The notes: generated by a model from the sequence alone, not told the origin. Positions 45,977 to 64,000 are shown, counted from the stretch's first letter. The stretch: 64,000 bases of DNA from the human T2T-CHM13v2.0 reference genome, Homo sapiens (GCF_009914755.1 NC_060935.1); one strand, 5' to 3'. Program-made: numbers and translations.

Positions 45977-46643
45977 AAAAATCAAACAATATTAAATGGT
46001 GGCATGGATGTGGTGAAAAGGAACACTTTTACACTGCTGGTGGGAATGTAAACTAGTACAACTTCATAGAAAACAGTATGAAGATTCCTTAAAGAACTAA
46101 GAGTAGAACTACCATTTGATCCAGCAGTCCCACTACTGGATACCTACCCAGAGGAAAAAAAGTTATTATATGAAAAAGACACTTGCACACACATGTTTAT
46201 TGCAGCACAATTTGCAATTGCAAATAAATGGAACCAGCCTAAATGTCCATCAACCAACAAGTGGATAGAGAAAATGTGTTATATATATACCATGGAATAC
46301 AACTCAGCCATAAAAAGAAACAAAATAATGGCACTCAAAACAACCTGGATGGAGTTGGAGACCATTATTCTAAGTGAAGTTAACAGGAAATTGAAAAACA
46401 AATTTCGTATGTTCTTATTTATAAGTGGGAGGTAAGCTATGAGGATTCAAAGGCATAAGAATGATATAATGGACTTTGGGACTCAGGGGAGAGTGTGTTT
46501 GGAAGGTGAGGGATAAAAGACTACATCTTAGGTACAGTGTACACTGCTCAGATGATAGGTGCACCAAAATCTCAGAAATTATGACTAAATAAATTATTCA
46601 TGTAACCAAAAACCACCTGTTTTCTCAAAACTATTGAAATTTA

Positions 46644-46952
<309 letters not shown>

Positions 46953-48446
46953 GAAATTTGATAAAAAGAATGAAGAAAAAATTTTAAAAAGAAATAAAAC
47001 CTCTGAGAAATATGAAATTATGTAGGGAGACCAAATCTATGACTCAATGGCATTCCTGAAAGAGAAGGCAAGAGAGCAAGCAACTTGGAAAACATTTAAC
47101 GATATAGTTCACATTTTCCCAATCTCACTAGACAGGTTGACATGCAAATCTAAGAAAATCAAAAAACCCCTGTGAGATATTATAAAAGATAATATTATAT
47201 AATCATAATGGACTCAAACCAACAAGAAGACTTAACTATCCAAAATATATATGCACCCAACATTAGAGCACTCAGTTTTTAGAGATCTTCAAAGAGATTT
47301 AGAGGACCACACAATCTCCAAGACACATAGCCATCAGATTTTCCAAGGTTAATGTGAAAGGAAAAATCTTAAAGGCAGCTACAGGGAAGGGACAGGTCAC
47401 TTAAAAATAGAACCCAATTAGGTTAAAAGAAGACCTTTCAGTGAAAACCTGACAAGGAAGAAATTGGACGCCTATTTTTAATGTCTTTTTTAAAAAAGAT
47501 ATTCCAACCAAGAATTTCATATACCACCAAACTAAGCTTCATAAGCAAAGCAGAAATGAAATCCTTTTCAGACAAGTAAATGTTAAGGAAATTCATTACC
47601 ACTAGACCTTACTTACAAGAGGTCTGAAAGGAAGTGCTAAACATGGAAATGAAAGAATACCTGCCACTACAAAAATGCACTTAAGCACATACCTCACTGA
47701 CACTATAAAGCAACTATACCAATCAAGTTTACAAAACAACCAGCTAACAGCATGTTGACCTGATTAAAGCCTCACAAATCATTATTGACCCTGAATATAA
47801 TTGGGCTAAAAATGTCTCATTAAAAGGCATAGATAGAGTGGCAAATTGCATAAAGAAACAAGACCCAACTGTCTGCTGTCTTCAAGAGACACATGTCACA
47901 AGTAATGATACTCATAGGCTCAAAATAAAGGCATAGAGGAAGGTCTATCAGGCAAATGGAAAGCAAAAAAGAGCAGGTGTTGCTATTCTTATATCAGATA
48001 AAACAGGCTTTAAACCAACAATGATTTAAAAAGGCAAAGAAGGGCATTCTGTAATGATAAAGATCTTCATCCAACAAGAAAACTTCACTATCCTAAATAA
48101 ATGCCCACTCAACACTGGAGCACCAAGATTTGTGAAGCAAATTCTTAGAAATCTATGAAGAGATTTAGACAACCACAAGATAATACTGGGGACTTCAACA
48201 CCCCACTGACAGTTTTACACAAATAGTCAAGGCAGAAAACTAGCAAGGATATTCTGGACTTAAACTTTACACTTGACCAATTGAACCTAAGAGACACCTA
48301 AGGAATATTCAACCAACAATAACAGAATAAATACTTTTCTCATCTGGAAGAAGCACATACTCCAAGATCAACCACATGCTCTGCCAGGAAGAATGTACCA
48401 ACAAATTAAAAAGAAAAACAAAATTGTACCAACCACAGTCTCAGAC

Positions 48447-50873
48447 TGTATTAGTCCATTTTCATCACTATAAAGTATATCTGAGACTGGGTATTTTATT
48501 TAAATAAAAGTTTAATTGTCTTATGATTCTGCAGACTTACTGGAAGCATAGTGGCAGCGACTGCTTCTGGTGAGGGTTCCAGGAAGATTGCAGTCATGGC
48601 AGAAAGCAAAGGGGAGCCAGTGTATCAAATGGTGAAAGAGGGAGCAAGAGAAGGAAAAGGGGGAGGTCACTTTGAAACAACCAGATTTCATGTTAACTGA
48701 GAGAAAACTCACTTATCACCAAAAGGCTGGTGCTAAACTATCCGTGTGGAATCCAATACTATGATCCAATTACCTCCCACAAGGTCCCTCCTCCTACATT
48801 GGGAATCACATTTTAACATGACATTTGGAGGGTACAAACATCCAAACCATATCATTCCACCTCTGGCACCCCAAACCTCATGTCCTTCTCAAATTTCAAA
48901 ATAAAATTATGTCTTTGCAATAGTTCCTCAAAGTTAATATCTCCTCAGCATTAACTCAAAAGTCCGAAGTCTCAAGAATCATCTGGAAATGAGTTTCTTT
49001 CTTCCACGCATGAGCCTGTGTAACCCAAACAAGTTATTTACTTTCAAGCTGAAATGGTGGTGCAGGCATTGAGGAAACATTCCCATTCCAAAAAGGAGAA
49101 ATTGACCTAAAGGAAGGGGCAATAGGCCCCACACAAGTTTGAAATCCAACAGGGTCTTCATTAAATCTTAGATCTCCAAAATAATATGTCTTGATACAAT
49201 TTTCCACATCCCAGTATGAGGAGTAGGCTCTAAAAGCCTTGTGGCTTTGCAGTGTGGTACAGGCTACTCTCATGGGTTGGAGTTAAATGCTTATGGCTTT
49301 TCTAGGGAGAGAATACAAGCTGCCAGTGAATCTACCCTTCTAGATTCTGGAGGATGGTGACCTCCTTCCCACAGCTCCACTAGGCAGTGTCCTGACAGGG
49401 AATCTGTGTGGGGGCTCCAATCCCACATTACCCTGAGCCTTTGCCCTGGTAGAGCTTCTCTGTTAGGACCCCACCCCTGTGGCAGGCTTCTGCCTCGGCT
49501 TTTCCGTACCTCCTCTGAAATGCAGATGGAAGCTGCTAAGCCTTCTTCACACTCACATTCTGAGCATCTACAGACTTAACACTACATGGAAACCACCAAG
49601 GCTTATGGGTTGCACCCTCCTGAGTTGTGGCCCAAGTTGGACCTGGGACTATTTGAGCTGAGGCTGAAGCCAGAGTGGCTGGAATACAGGGAGCAGTGTC
49701 CTGAGGCTATGCCAGGCAGCTGGGCACTTGGCCTGGACAACAAATCATTTTTTCCTCTTCCTCTTAGGCCTCTGGGCAAGAAATGGAAGGGGCTGCCATG
49801 AAGTCTCTAAAATGCCTTTGAGTACTTTTCCCCCGTTGTCTTGGATTTTAGCACTTCACTCCCTTTTAGTCATGCTAATCTCCTTAGCAAGTGGTTGCTC
49901 CACAGCCCATTTGAATTTCTCTCTTGCTTTTCGTTATTGTGGCATGTGGCTAGGTTGCAAATTTTCCAAACTTTTACTCTCTGCTTCCCTTTAAATATAA
50001 GTTTTAACTTTAAGTCATTCATTTGCTCCTGCATCTGAGCATAGACTGTTAGAAATAGCCAGATCACGTTTTGAATACTTTGGAAATTCCTTCCACAAGT
50101 CATTCTAAATAATTACTCTTAATTTCAAACTTCCACACATCTCTAGGATATGGACACAATGCAGCCAAACTCTTTGCAAAGGCATAACACAGGTGATCTT
50201 TTCTCTAGCTTCCAATAAATTTCTTATTTCCATCTGAGACCTCATCAGCCTGGACTTCACTGAACTTATTACTATCAACATTTTGGTCACAATGTTTTAA
50301 CCAGTCTCTAAGAAGTTCCAAATTTCCCTAATCTTCCTGTCTTCCTTTAAGCCCTCCAAACTCTTCCAACATCTTCTTATTACTCAGTATCAAAGCCACT
50401 TCCACATCTTCGAGTATCTTTATAGCAATGCCCCCCTCCTCAGTACCAATTTTCTTTATTCATCTATTTTGTGTCACTGTAAAGAAATAATTGAGACTAA
50501 GTAATTTATTTTTTTAAAAGTTTAATTGGCTCATGGTACTGTAGGCTGTACAGGAAGCATAGTGCTGGCATCTGCTTCTGGTGAGTGCCTCAGGAAATTT
50601 ACAATCATGATGGAAGGCAAATCAGAGCCAACATATCACATGGCAAGTGAGGGAGTAAGAGAGGGAGAAGGGGAAGTTCCCAGACTCTTTTAAACAACTA
50701 GATATCACATGAACTAACTGAGCTAGAACTCACCTATCACCAAGGGGATAGTGCTAAACCTCCATGTGGGATCTGACCCCATGATCCAATTACTTCCCAC
50801 CAGGCTCCTGGTCCAACATTGAGGATCACATTTTTACAGGATATTTAAAGAGGACAAACATCCAACCATATCA
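48447..50873 (-). mobile_element. Complete MSTB-like MaLR: LTR 48447-48854, internal 48855-50454, LTR 50455-50873
   Basis: Two homologous LTRs (tgtattagtcc...aaaccatatca); internal ends ttccacctctggc and cagtaccaattttc; TSD cagac / tggac. Confidence 0.9.
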
Positions 50874-52657
50874 TGGACAACAGTGCAATAAAAATAGAAA
50901 TCAATATCAAGAAGATCAATTAAAACCATACAGTAACATGGAAGTTAAACTACCTGGTCCTGAATGACTTTTCAGTAAAAAAGAAAAAAAGAAATTAAGA
51001 CAGAAATTTAAAGGGTTCTGGGAAACTAATGAAAACAGAGATATAACCTAGTAAAATCTTTGTGACACAGCTAAATCAGTGTTAAGAATAGTTTTAGCAC
51101 TAAAGGCCTACATCAAAAAATTAGAAAGGTCATAAATTAACAACCTATGTTGCTCCTCAAGGAACTAGAAAAAAAACAAACCAACCCCAAAGCTAAGAGA
51201 AGAAAAGAAATATCTAAAATCAAACCTGACATAAACAAAATTGAGACACTAAAATCCATACAATAATTAATGCAACCAAAAGATGATTTTGATTATTCAA
51301 AAGATGAAACAAGATTGATAGACTGCTAGCTAGATTAATATAGAAAAAAAGAAGAAGATTCAAATAATTACAACCAGAAATGACAAAAGCAGCATTACAA
51401 CTGACCCAACAGAAATACAAAAAATCATCAGACACTATTACAAACACCTATTGTGCACAAACTAGAAAACCTAGAAGAAATGGGTAAAATCCTGGAAATA
51501 CAAAGCCTCTGAAGATTGAACTAGGAAGAAATTAAAATCCCAAACAGACTAATAATGAGTTCCAGTAATAAAAGGCCTACAACCCAAATAAAATCCTGGG
51601 CCAGATGGATTCACAGCTGAATTCTACCAGATGTACAAAGAAGAGCTAGTGCCAATCCTACTGAAATTATTCTAAGAAATCCAGGAGTAGGGACTTCTCC
51701 CTAACTTGATCTATGAAGCTAGCACCATTGTGATACCAAATCCTGGCAGGGACACAATGACAAAAGAAAACTTTAGGCCACTATTCCTGACCAACATAGT
51801 GGGTCAGGAATAGTGGGACACTGTGTGGGACACTGTGTGGCATTTGGCCCCTGCCCTAGAGATCTGTGGAGCTTTGAACTTGAGAGAAATGATTTAGCAT
51901 GTCTGGTGGAGGAAATTTCCAAGCAGCAAAGCATTCAAGAGGTGACTTGGGTGCTCCTAAAAGCACCCAGCTTTATACGTTCACAAAGATATGGTTTGGA
52001 ATTGGAACTTATATTTAAAAGATAAACAGAGCATAAATTTTCTGAGGTTCAATTCAAGCCTGCTGCAGAAATCTGCATAACTTATGAGGAGCCAAATGTT
52101 AATCACCAAGACAATGGTGAAAATGTCTCCAGGACATGTCTGAGGTCTTCATGGTAGCCCCTCCCATCACAGGCCTGAAGGACTGGAAGGAAGAAATGAC
52201 TTTGTGGGCCAGGCCCAGGGCCTTGCTGCTTTGCGCAGTTTCAGGACTTGGTGCTCTGCATCCCTGCCATGGTTGAGATGGGCCGACATACTGCTCAGGC
52301 CATTGCTTCAGAGGGCTCCTCATGGAGCTGTGATAAGAGGGCCACCATCCTCCAGACCCCAGAATGGAAGATCCACCAAGAGCTTGCACTGTGCACCTGG
52401 AAATGCTGCAGGCACTCTACACTAGCCCATTAAAGCATCTGGGAGTGAGAGTCATACCCTGCAAAGCCACAGGGGTGGAGCTACCCAAGACCATGGGAAC
52501 CCACCTCTTGTATCAGTGTGACCCGGACGTGAGACATGGAGTCAAAGAAAATCATTTCAGAGCTTTAAGATTTGAGTGCTCTGCTGGATTTTTGACTTGC
52601 ATAGGGCCTGTAGACCCTTTTTTTGGCCAATTTCTCCCATTCGAAATGGGTGCGTTT

Positions 52658-53690
52658 GGGGGATGTTCCAAGATGGCCAAATTGGAACAGCTCCAGTCTG
52701 CAGCTCCCAGCGTGATCAATGCAGAAGATGGGTAATTTCTGCATTTCCAACTGAGGTACCTGGTTCATCTTGTTGGGACTGGTTGGACAGTGGGTGCAGC
52801 CCATGGAGGGCAAGCTGAAGCAGGACAGGGCATCACCTCACCTGGGAAGTGCAGGGGGTCAGGGAATTTCCCTTTCCTAGCCAAGGGAAGCCATGATAGA
52901 CTACGTGGAAAAACGGGCACTCCTGCACAAATACTGCACTTTTCCCAAGGTCTTAGCAACTGGCAGACAAGGTGATTTTCTCCAGTGCCTTACTCGGTAG
53001 GTCCCACACCCACAGAGCATTGCTCACTGCTAGCACAGCAGACTGAGATAGATCTGCAAGGTGGCAGCCTGGCTGGGGGAGGGGCATCTGCCATTGCTGA
53101 GGCTTGAGTAGGTAAACAAAGCAGCCAGGAAGCTCGGAGTGGGTGGATCCCACTGCAGCTCAACAAGGCCTACTGCCTCTAGACTCCACCTCTATGGGCA
53201 GGGCATAGCTGTGCAAAAGGCAGCAGACAACTTCTACAGATTTAAATGTCCCTGTCTGACAGCTCTGAAGAGAGCAGTGGTTCTCCCAGCATGGCATTTG
53301 AGCTCTGAGAATGGACAGACTGCCTCCTCATGTGGGTCCCTGACCCCCATGTAGCCTAACTGGGAGACATCTCCCAGTAGGGACTGACAGACAACTCATA
53401 AAGGAAGCTGCCCCTCTGGGATGAAGCTTCCAGAGGAAGGATCAGGCAGTAATATTTGCTGTTCTGCAATAGTTGCTGTTCTGCAGCCTCTGCTGGTGAT
53501 ACCCAGCTAAACGGGGTTTGGAGTGGAACTCCAGCAAACTCCAACAGACCTGTAGCTAAGGGACCTGACTGTTAGAAGGAAAACTAACAAACAGAAAGGA
53601 ATAGCATCAACATCAACAAAAAAAAAATCTACACCAAACCCAATCTGTAGCTCACCAACATCAAAGACCAAAGATAGATAAAACCACAAA
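52658..53690 (+). promoter_or_regulatory. L1 5'UTR internal promoter region (CpG-decayed) with YY1 motif
   Basis: caagatggcc at 52669-52678; ORF1 ATG context atggggagaaaccag at ~53692; activity cannot be shown from sequence. Confidence 0.6.
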
Positions 53691-54403
53691 GATGGGGAGA
53701 AACCAGAGCAGAAAAGCTGAAAAATCTAAAAATAAAAGTGCCTCTTCTCCTCCAAAGGATTGCAGCTCCTTGCCAGCAATGGAACAAAGCTGGACAGAGA
53801 ATGACTTGATGAGTTGACAGAAGTAGGCTTCAGAAGGTCGGTAATAACAAATTTCTCCAAGCTAAAGGAGGATGTTTGAACTCATCGCAAGGAAGCTAAA
53901 AACCTTGAAAAACGATAACAGGAATGAACAGTGTAGAGAAGACCTTGAATAACTAGAATAAACAGTGTAGAGAAGACCTTAAATGACATGATGGAACTGA
54001 AAACCGTGGCACAAGAAATGGGTGATGCATGCAGAAGCTTCAATAGCCAACATGATCAAGTGGAAGAAAGGGTATCAGTGATTGAAGATCAAATTAATGA
54101 AATAAAGTGAGAAGACAAGGTTACAGAAAAAGAGTAAAAAGAAATGAACAAAGCCTCCAAGAAATATGGGACTATGTGAAAAGACCAAATCTACATCTCA
54201 TTGGTGTACAGGAAAGTGATGGGGAGAATGGAACCAAGTTGGAAAACATTCTGCAGGATATTATACAGGAGAACTTCCCCAATCTAGCAAGGCAGGCCAA
54301 CATTCAAATTCAGGAAATTCAGAGAATGCCACAAAGATACTACTCTAGAAGAGCAACCCCAAGACACATAATTGTCAGATTCACCAAGGATGAAAATGAA
54401 GGA

Positions 54404-54832
<429 letters not shown>

Positions 54833-55545
54833 TCAACCCAGAATTTCGTATCCAGTCAAACTAATCTTCATAAGTGAAGGAAAAAAAAATCCTTTACAGA
54901 CAAGCAAATACTGAGAGATTTTTGTCATCACCAGACCTGCCTTACAAGAGCTCCTGAAGGAAGCACTGAATGTGGAAAGAAATAACTGGTACCAGGCACT
55001 GCAAAAGCATGCCAAACTGTAAAGACCATCGATGCTATGAAGAAACTACATCAATTAATGGGCAAAATAACCAGCAAACATCATAATGACAGGATCAAAT
55101 TCACACATAAGAATATTAACATTAAATGTAATTGGGCTAAATGACCCAATTAAAAGAAACAGACTGGCAAATTGGATGAAGAGTCAAGACCTATCAGTGT
55201 GCTGTATTCAGGAGACCCATCTCATGTGCAAAGACACACATAGGCTCAAAATAAAGGGATGGAGGAAGATCTACAAAGCAAATGGAAAGAAAAAAGAAAA
55301 GAAGGGGTTGCAATCCTAGTCTCTGATTAAACAGAGTTTAAACAAAAAAGATCAAAAGAGACAAAGAAGGCCATTACATAATGGCAAAGGAATCAATTCA
55401 ACAAGAAGAGCTAACTATCCTAAATATATATGCACCCAATACAGGAGCATCCAGATTCATAAAGCAAGTCCTTAGAGACCTACAAAGAGACTTAGACTCC
55501 CACACAATAATAATGGGAGACTTTAACACCCCACTGTCAATATGA

Positions 55546-56193
<648 letters not shown>

Positions 56194-56328
56194 TAACAAA
56201 ATTGATAGACTGCTAGCAAGACTAGCAAAGAAGAAAAGAGAGAAAAATCAAATACACACCACAAAAAATGATAAAGGGGTAACACCACTGATCCCACAGA
56301 AATAAAAACTACCATCAGAGAAAAGTAA

Positions 56329-59124
<2,796 letters not shown>

Positions 59125-62100
59125 TAGACTAAAACCATAAAAACTCTAGAAGAAAACCTAGGCAATACCATTCAGAACATAGGCATGGGCAAGGACTTCA
59201 TGACTAAAACACCAAAAGCAATGGCAACTGAAGCCAAAATAGACAAATGGGATCTAATTAAACTAAAGAGCTTCTTCACGGCAAAAGAAACTACCATCAG
59301 AGTGAACAGGCAACCTACAGAATGAGAGAAAATTTTTGCAATCTACCCACCTTACAAAGAGCTAATATCCAGAATCCACAAAGAACTCAAACAAATTTAC
59401 AAGAAAAAAACAAACAACCCCATCAAAAAGTGGGCGAAGGATATGAATAGACACTTCTCAAAAGAAGACATTTATGCAGCCAACAGACAGAGGAAAAAAT
59501 GTTCATCATCACTGGTCATCAGAGAAATGCAAATCAAAACCACAATGAGATACCATCTCATGTCAGTTAGAATGGCAATCATTAAAAAGTCAGGAAACAA
59601 CAGTTGCTGGAGAGGATGTGGAGAAATAGGAGCGCTTTTGCACTGTTGGTGGGAGTGTAAATTAGTTCAACCATTGTGGAAGACAGTGTGGTGATTCCTC
59701 AAGGATCTAGAACTAGAATTACAATTTGACCCAACAATCCCGTTACTGGGTATATACCCAAAGGATTATAAATCATGCTACTATAAAGACACATGCACAT
59801 GTATGTTTATTGTGGCACTATTCACAATAACAAAGACTTGGAACCAATCCAAATGTCCATCAATGATAGACTGGATTAAGAAAATGTGGCACATATACAC
59901 CATGGAATACTAGGCAGCCATAAAAAATGATGAGTTCATGTCCTTTTCAGGGACATGGATTAAGCTGGAAACCATCATTCTCAGCAAACTATCACAAGAA
60001 CAGAAAACCAAACACCACGTGTTCTCACTCATAGGTGGGAATTGAACAATGAGAACACATGGACACAGGACAGGGAACATCACACACCGGGGACTGTTGT
60101 GGGGTGGGGGGAGGGATAGCATTAGGAGATATACCTAATGCTAAATGACGAGTTATTGGGTGCAGCACACCAACATGGCACATGTATACATATGTAACAA
60201 ACCTGCACCTTGTGTACATGTACCCTAAAACTTAAAGTGTAATAATAATAATAAAGATGAAGAAGCTAAGGATAAAAAAAAGAAATTGATGCATTTATCT
60301 AATGCCTGTACTGTCATTGTATCTAGGAAGTAACTAACTGGTTTTTGATTTTACAGTCTCATAGGTGGAAGGGACTTGCCTTGTCTCAGATGAGACTTTG
60401 GACTGTGGACTTTTGAGTTAATGGTGAAATGAGTTAAGATTTGGGGGGACTGTTGGGAAGGGATGATTGGTTTTGAAATATGAGGACATGCATTTGGGAG
60501 GATACAGGGGTAGAATGATATGGTTTGGCTGTGTCCTCACCCAAATCTCACCTTGAATCATAGTTCTCATAATGCCCACATGTCATGGGAGGGACCCAGT
60601 GAGAGGTAATTGAATCATGGGGGCGAGTTTTTCCCATACTGTTCTTGTGATAGTGAATAAGCCTCATGATATCTGATGGTTTTATATAGGACAGTTCTCC
60701 TGCACATGCTCTCTTGCCTGCTGCCGTGTGAGATGTGCCTTTGCTCCTCCTTCACCTTCTACCATGATTGTGAGGTCTCCCCAGCCATGTGGAAATGTGA
60801 GTTCATTAAACCTAATTTTCTTTATAAATTACCCAGTCTCAGGTATGTCTTATTAGCAACATGAGGATGGACAAAAACACCATATTTGTGGATGACATGA
60901 TACTATATCCAGAAAACCCCATAGTCTCTGCCCAAAAGCTTTTTGATTTTACAAACAACTTCAGCAAAGTTTCAAGATACAAAATAAATGTACCAAAATC
61001 AAAAGCATTTCTATACACCAATAACATCCAAGCTCAGGGCCAAATCAAGAATGCAATCCTATTTACAATAGCCACAAAAACAATAAAATACCTGGGATAC
61101 AGCTTACCAAGGAGGTGAAAAATCTCTACAACAAGAATTACAAAACACTGCTCAAATAAGAGACAACACAAACAAGAGGAAAAACATCCACGCTTATAGA
61201 TAGGAAGAATCAATATTATTAAAATGGCCATATTGCCCAAAGCAATCTACAGATTCAATGCTGTTTCTATCAAACTACCAATGACACTCTTCACAGAATT
61301 AGAAATAACTATTCTAAAATTTATTTGGGATCAAAAACGGATCTGAATCACCAAACCAATCCTAAGCAAAAAGAACAAAGCTGGAGTCATCACACTATCC
61401 AGCTTCAAAGTCTACTACAAGGTTACAGCAACCAAAACAGCATAGTGCTGGTACAAAAACAGACACATAGACCAATGGAACAGGATAGCAAATCCAGAAA
61501 TTAAGCCACACACTGACAATTACCTTATCTTCAACAAAGCTGAAAATAACAAACAATGGGGGAAGAACTCCTTACTAAATAAATGATGCTGGAATAACTG
61601 ACTAGCCATATGCAAAAGATTGAAACTGGACCCCTTCCTTTTACTATCTACAATTAACGCAAGACAGATTGGAGACTTACATTTAAAACTTAAAATGATA
61701 ACAACTTTAGAAGAAAACCTAGGAAATACCATTCTAGACAATGGTCTTGGCAAAGAATTTATGACTAAGTCCCCAAAAGCAATTGCAACAAAAACAAAAA
61801 TTGACAAGAAGGACCTATTATACTACAGAGCTTCTGCATGGAAAGAGAAACTATCAACAGAGTAAGCAGGCAACCTACAGAATGAGAGAAAATATTTGCA
61901 AACTTTGCATGAAATAAAGGCCTAATGTCCAGAATCTATAAGGAACTTAAATCAGCAAGCAAAAAACAGCTCCATTAAAAATAAGCAAAGGACATAAACA
62001 GACACTTCTCAAAAGAAGATATACATGTGGCCAACAAATACATGAAAAAATGCTCAGTATCACTAATCATTAGAGAAATGCAAATCAAAACCTCAATGAA

Positions 62101-63234
62101 ATACCGTCTCACACCAGTCAGAATGGCTATTATAAAAAAAGTCAAAAAGAACCAGATGCTGCCAAGGTTGCAGAGAAAAGGGAACACTTTTACACAGCTG
62201 GTTGGAATGTAAATTAGTTCAGCCACTGTGGAAAGCAGTTTAGAGAATTCTCGAAAAAATTGAAAATGGAACTACCATTCAACCTGACAGTCTCTCTATT
62301 AGGTATATACAGAAAGGAAAATAGTATTCTCCTAAAAATACACATGTTCTCACATGTTCTTCAAAGTGCTAGTCACAATAGCAAAGATGTGGAATCAGCC
62401 AAGATGCCCATCAATGGTGGACTGAATAAAGAACATGCAACACATACACGACGTGCAAAAAACTATACAGTCATGTTTTTTGCAGCAACATCAATGCAGC
62501 TGGAGGCCATTATCTTAGACAAACTAACAAAGAACATAAACCAAATACAGCATGTTCTCACTTATAAGTGGTAGCTAAACACTGAGTACACATGGACACA
62601 TATATGCGAAAATGGACACTGGATCTTTCTTGAGGGAGAAGATGGGACAGGTCATGGGTTGGAAGGCTACCTATAGGATTCTATGCCACTACCTTGGTGA
62701 CAGTATCATTTGTACACAAAGCCTCAGTAACACACAATTTACCCATGTAACAAACCTGCACACGTATTCCCTGAACCTAAAATAAAACTAGGAAAAAGAA
62801 AGACTGGTTTAGTTTTACCAATAGGCAATTCACAAAAATGAATAATAAATACATTAAAATTTTCAATCTCATTAATAAAACAAAGCAAAGTACATTATAA
62901 AGATGTCGTTTTCTTCCATAAAATTGGCAAAGATGTTTTTCTTTTTTAAGTCAAATTTATTGAGATATAATTTATATACTCATCTTTTTTCCCAAGGCAT
63001 CTAGTCATGTGATCACATCACAATTAAGATGTGTAGAATATTGTGATTACCACGAAAATTTCCCCTGTACCACTCTGTAGTCAACCCCCTTCCTCCCATC
63101 ATTTCCAGCCCCTTGCAATCACCAATCTTTGTTCTTCCGATATGTAGTTTTGTGTTTTTCAAAATGTTATATCAAAATAATAATATAGTATGTAGCCTTT
63201 TCAGTCTGGCTTCTATCCTTAGCATAATGCTTTT

Positions 63235-63648
63235 TCGTTGTAATTTCAACTTCTATTTTAGATGTAGGTGGTACATGTTCAGGTTTGTTACAAGGGAATA
63301 TTGCATGATGCTAAGGTTTGGGGTACAGATCTCTTTACCCTGAGCATAGTACCCAACATGTAGTTTTGCAACCCTTGCCCCTCTCCCTGCCTCCTCCTTC
63401 TAGTCATCTGCAGGGCCTATTGTTCCCATGTCTACTTCCATATGTGCTCAGTATTTAACTTCCACTTATAGTAAGTGAGAAAACACAATATTCAGTTTCC
63501 TGTTCCTACGTTAATTAACTGAGTAATATGGCCTCCTACTGCATCCATCTTGCTGCAAAGGACATGATTTCATTCTTTCTTATGGTTGCATAGTATTCTC
63601 TGGTGTATATATGTACCACATTTTCTTTATTCAATATACTATTGATTC
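63235..63648 (-). mobile_element. L1PA15/16-like 3' end next to older L1M fragments
   Basis: tttcaacttctattttagat...gtacatgttcaggtttgttac...tgctgcaaaggacatgatttcattc. Confidence 0.85.
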
Positions 63649-63682
63649 TATGCGACAAAGATTTTTTAAAATCTTAATATCT

Positions 63683-63827
63683 TTAAAGATTAGATACAGT
63701 GTACACTACTTGGGTGACAAGTCCACTAAAATCTCAGAATTTGCCACTGTATAATTCATTTATGTAACAGAGAAACACTTGTACCCAAAAAGCTATTGAA
63801 ATAAAAATTTAAAACACTAAAATAAAA
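63683..63827 (+). mobile_element. Severely 5'-truncated L1PB-like insertion
   Basis: tacagtgtacactacttgggtgac...aaagctattgaaataaaaa; 16-bp TSD taaaatcttaatatct / taaaatctcaatatct. Confidence 0.8.
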
Positions 63828-64000
63828 TAAAATCTCAATATCTGCTCTTATTAAGGAGTTAAGGGACTATAAAATCTTGTTCTTCTAGTGGAAGAAGAAA
63901 TTAATATTTTTCTAAGATCAATTTTGAAATATGTATACAAGTCTTGATTATTTGAGAGATTTATCTGAAGGCAATAATTGTCAACGAACACAAAGCTTTG

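Overview
Primate (most likely human, given an AluYa5) non-coding DNA. No cellular protein-coding gene or intact RNA gene is supportable: the recognisable ORFs are decayed L1 fragments or Alu/LTR artefacts, and the rest are short with no recognisable protein signature. The first ~39 kb is AT-rich unique sequence with old repeats (MIR, L2, MLT1/MLT2/LTR33, hAT and mariner MITEs, L1M fragments) and a few Alus. Positions 39.0-62.8 kb are a continuous pile-up of co-oriented L1s (L1PB1-like, L1PA16-like, full-length L1PA6/7-like, L1PA3-like), with nested Alus, a complete two-LTR MST element and a THE1 remnant. The most unusual signal is a ~1.37-kb non-L1 segment inside the L1PB1 (40601-42302, split by an unedited AluY). 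It has almost no TC dinucleotides on the + strand (6 of ~124 cytosines by manual count) while AC, GC and GA remain common. This fits TC-specific APOBEC3-type deamination of single-stranded DNA fixed in the germline. Other notable structures: a chimeric old/young L1 with a duplicated 3' end, a deletion junction with a snap-back inverted repeat, a 5'-truncated AluYa5, an ancient twin-primed L1MA, and a MADE1 hairpin in a triple DNA-transposon nest. Subfamily names come from remembered consensus diagnostics, not a database search; boundaries of old repeats are approximate.
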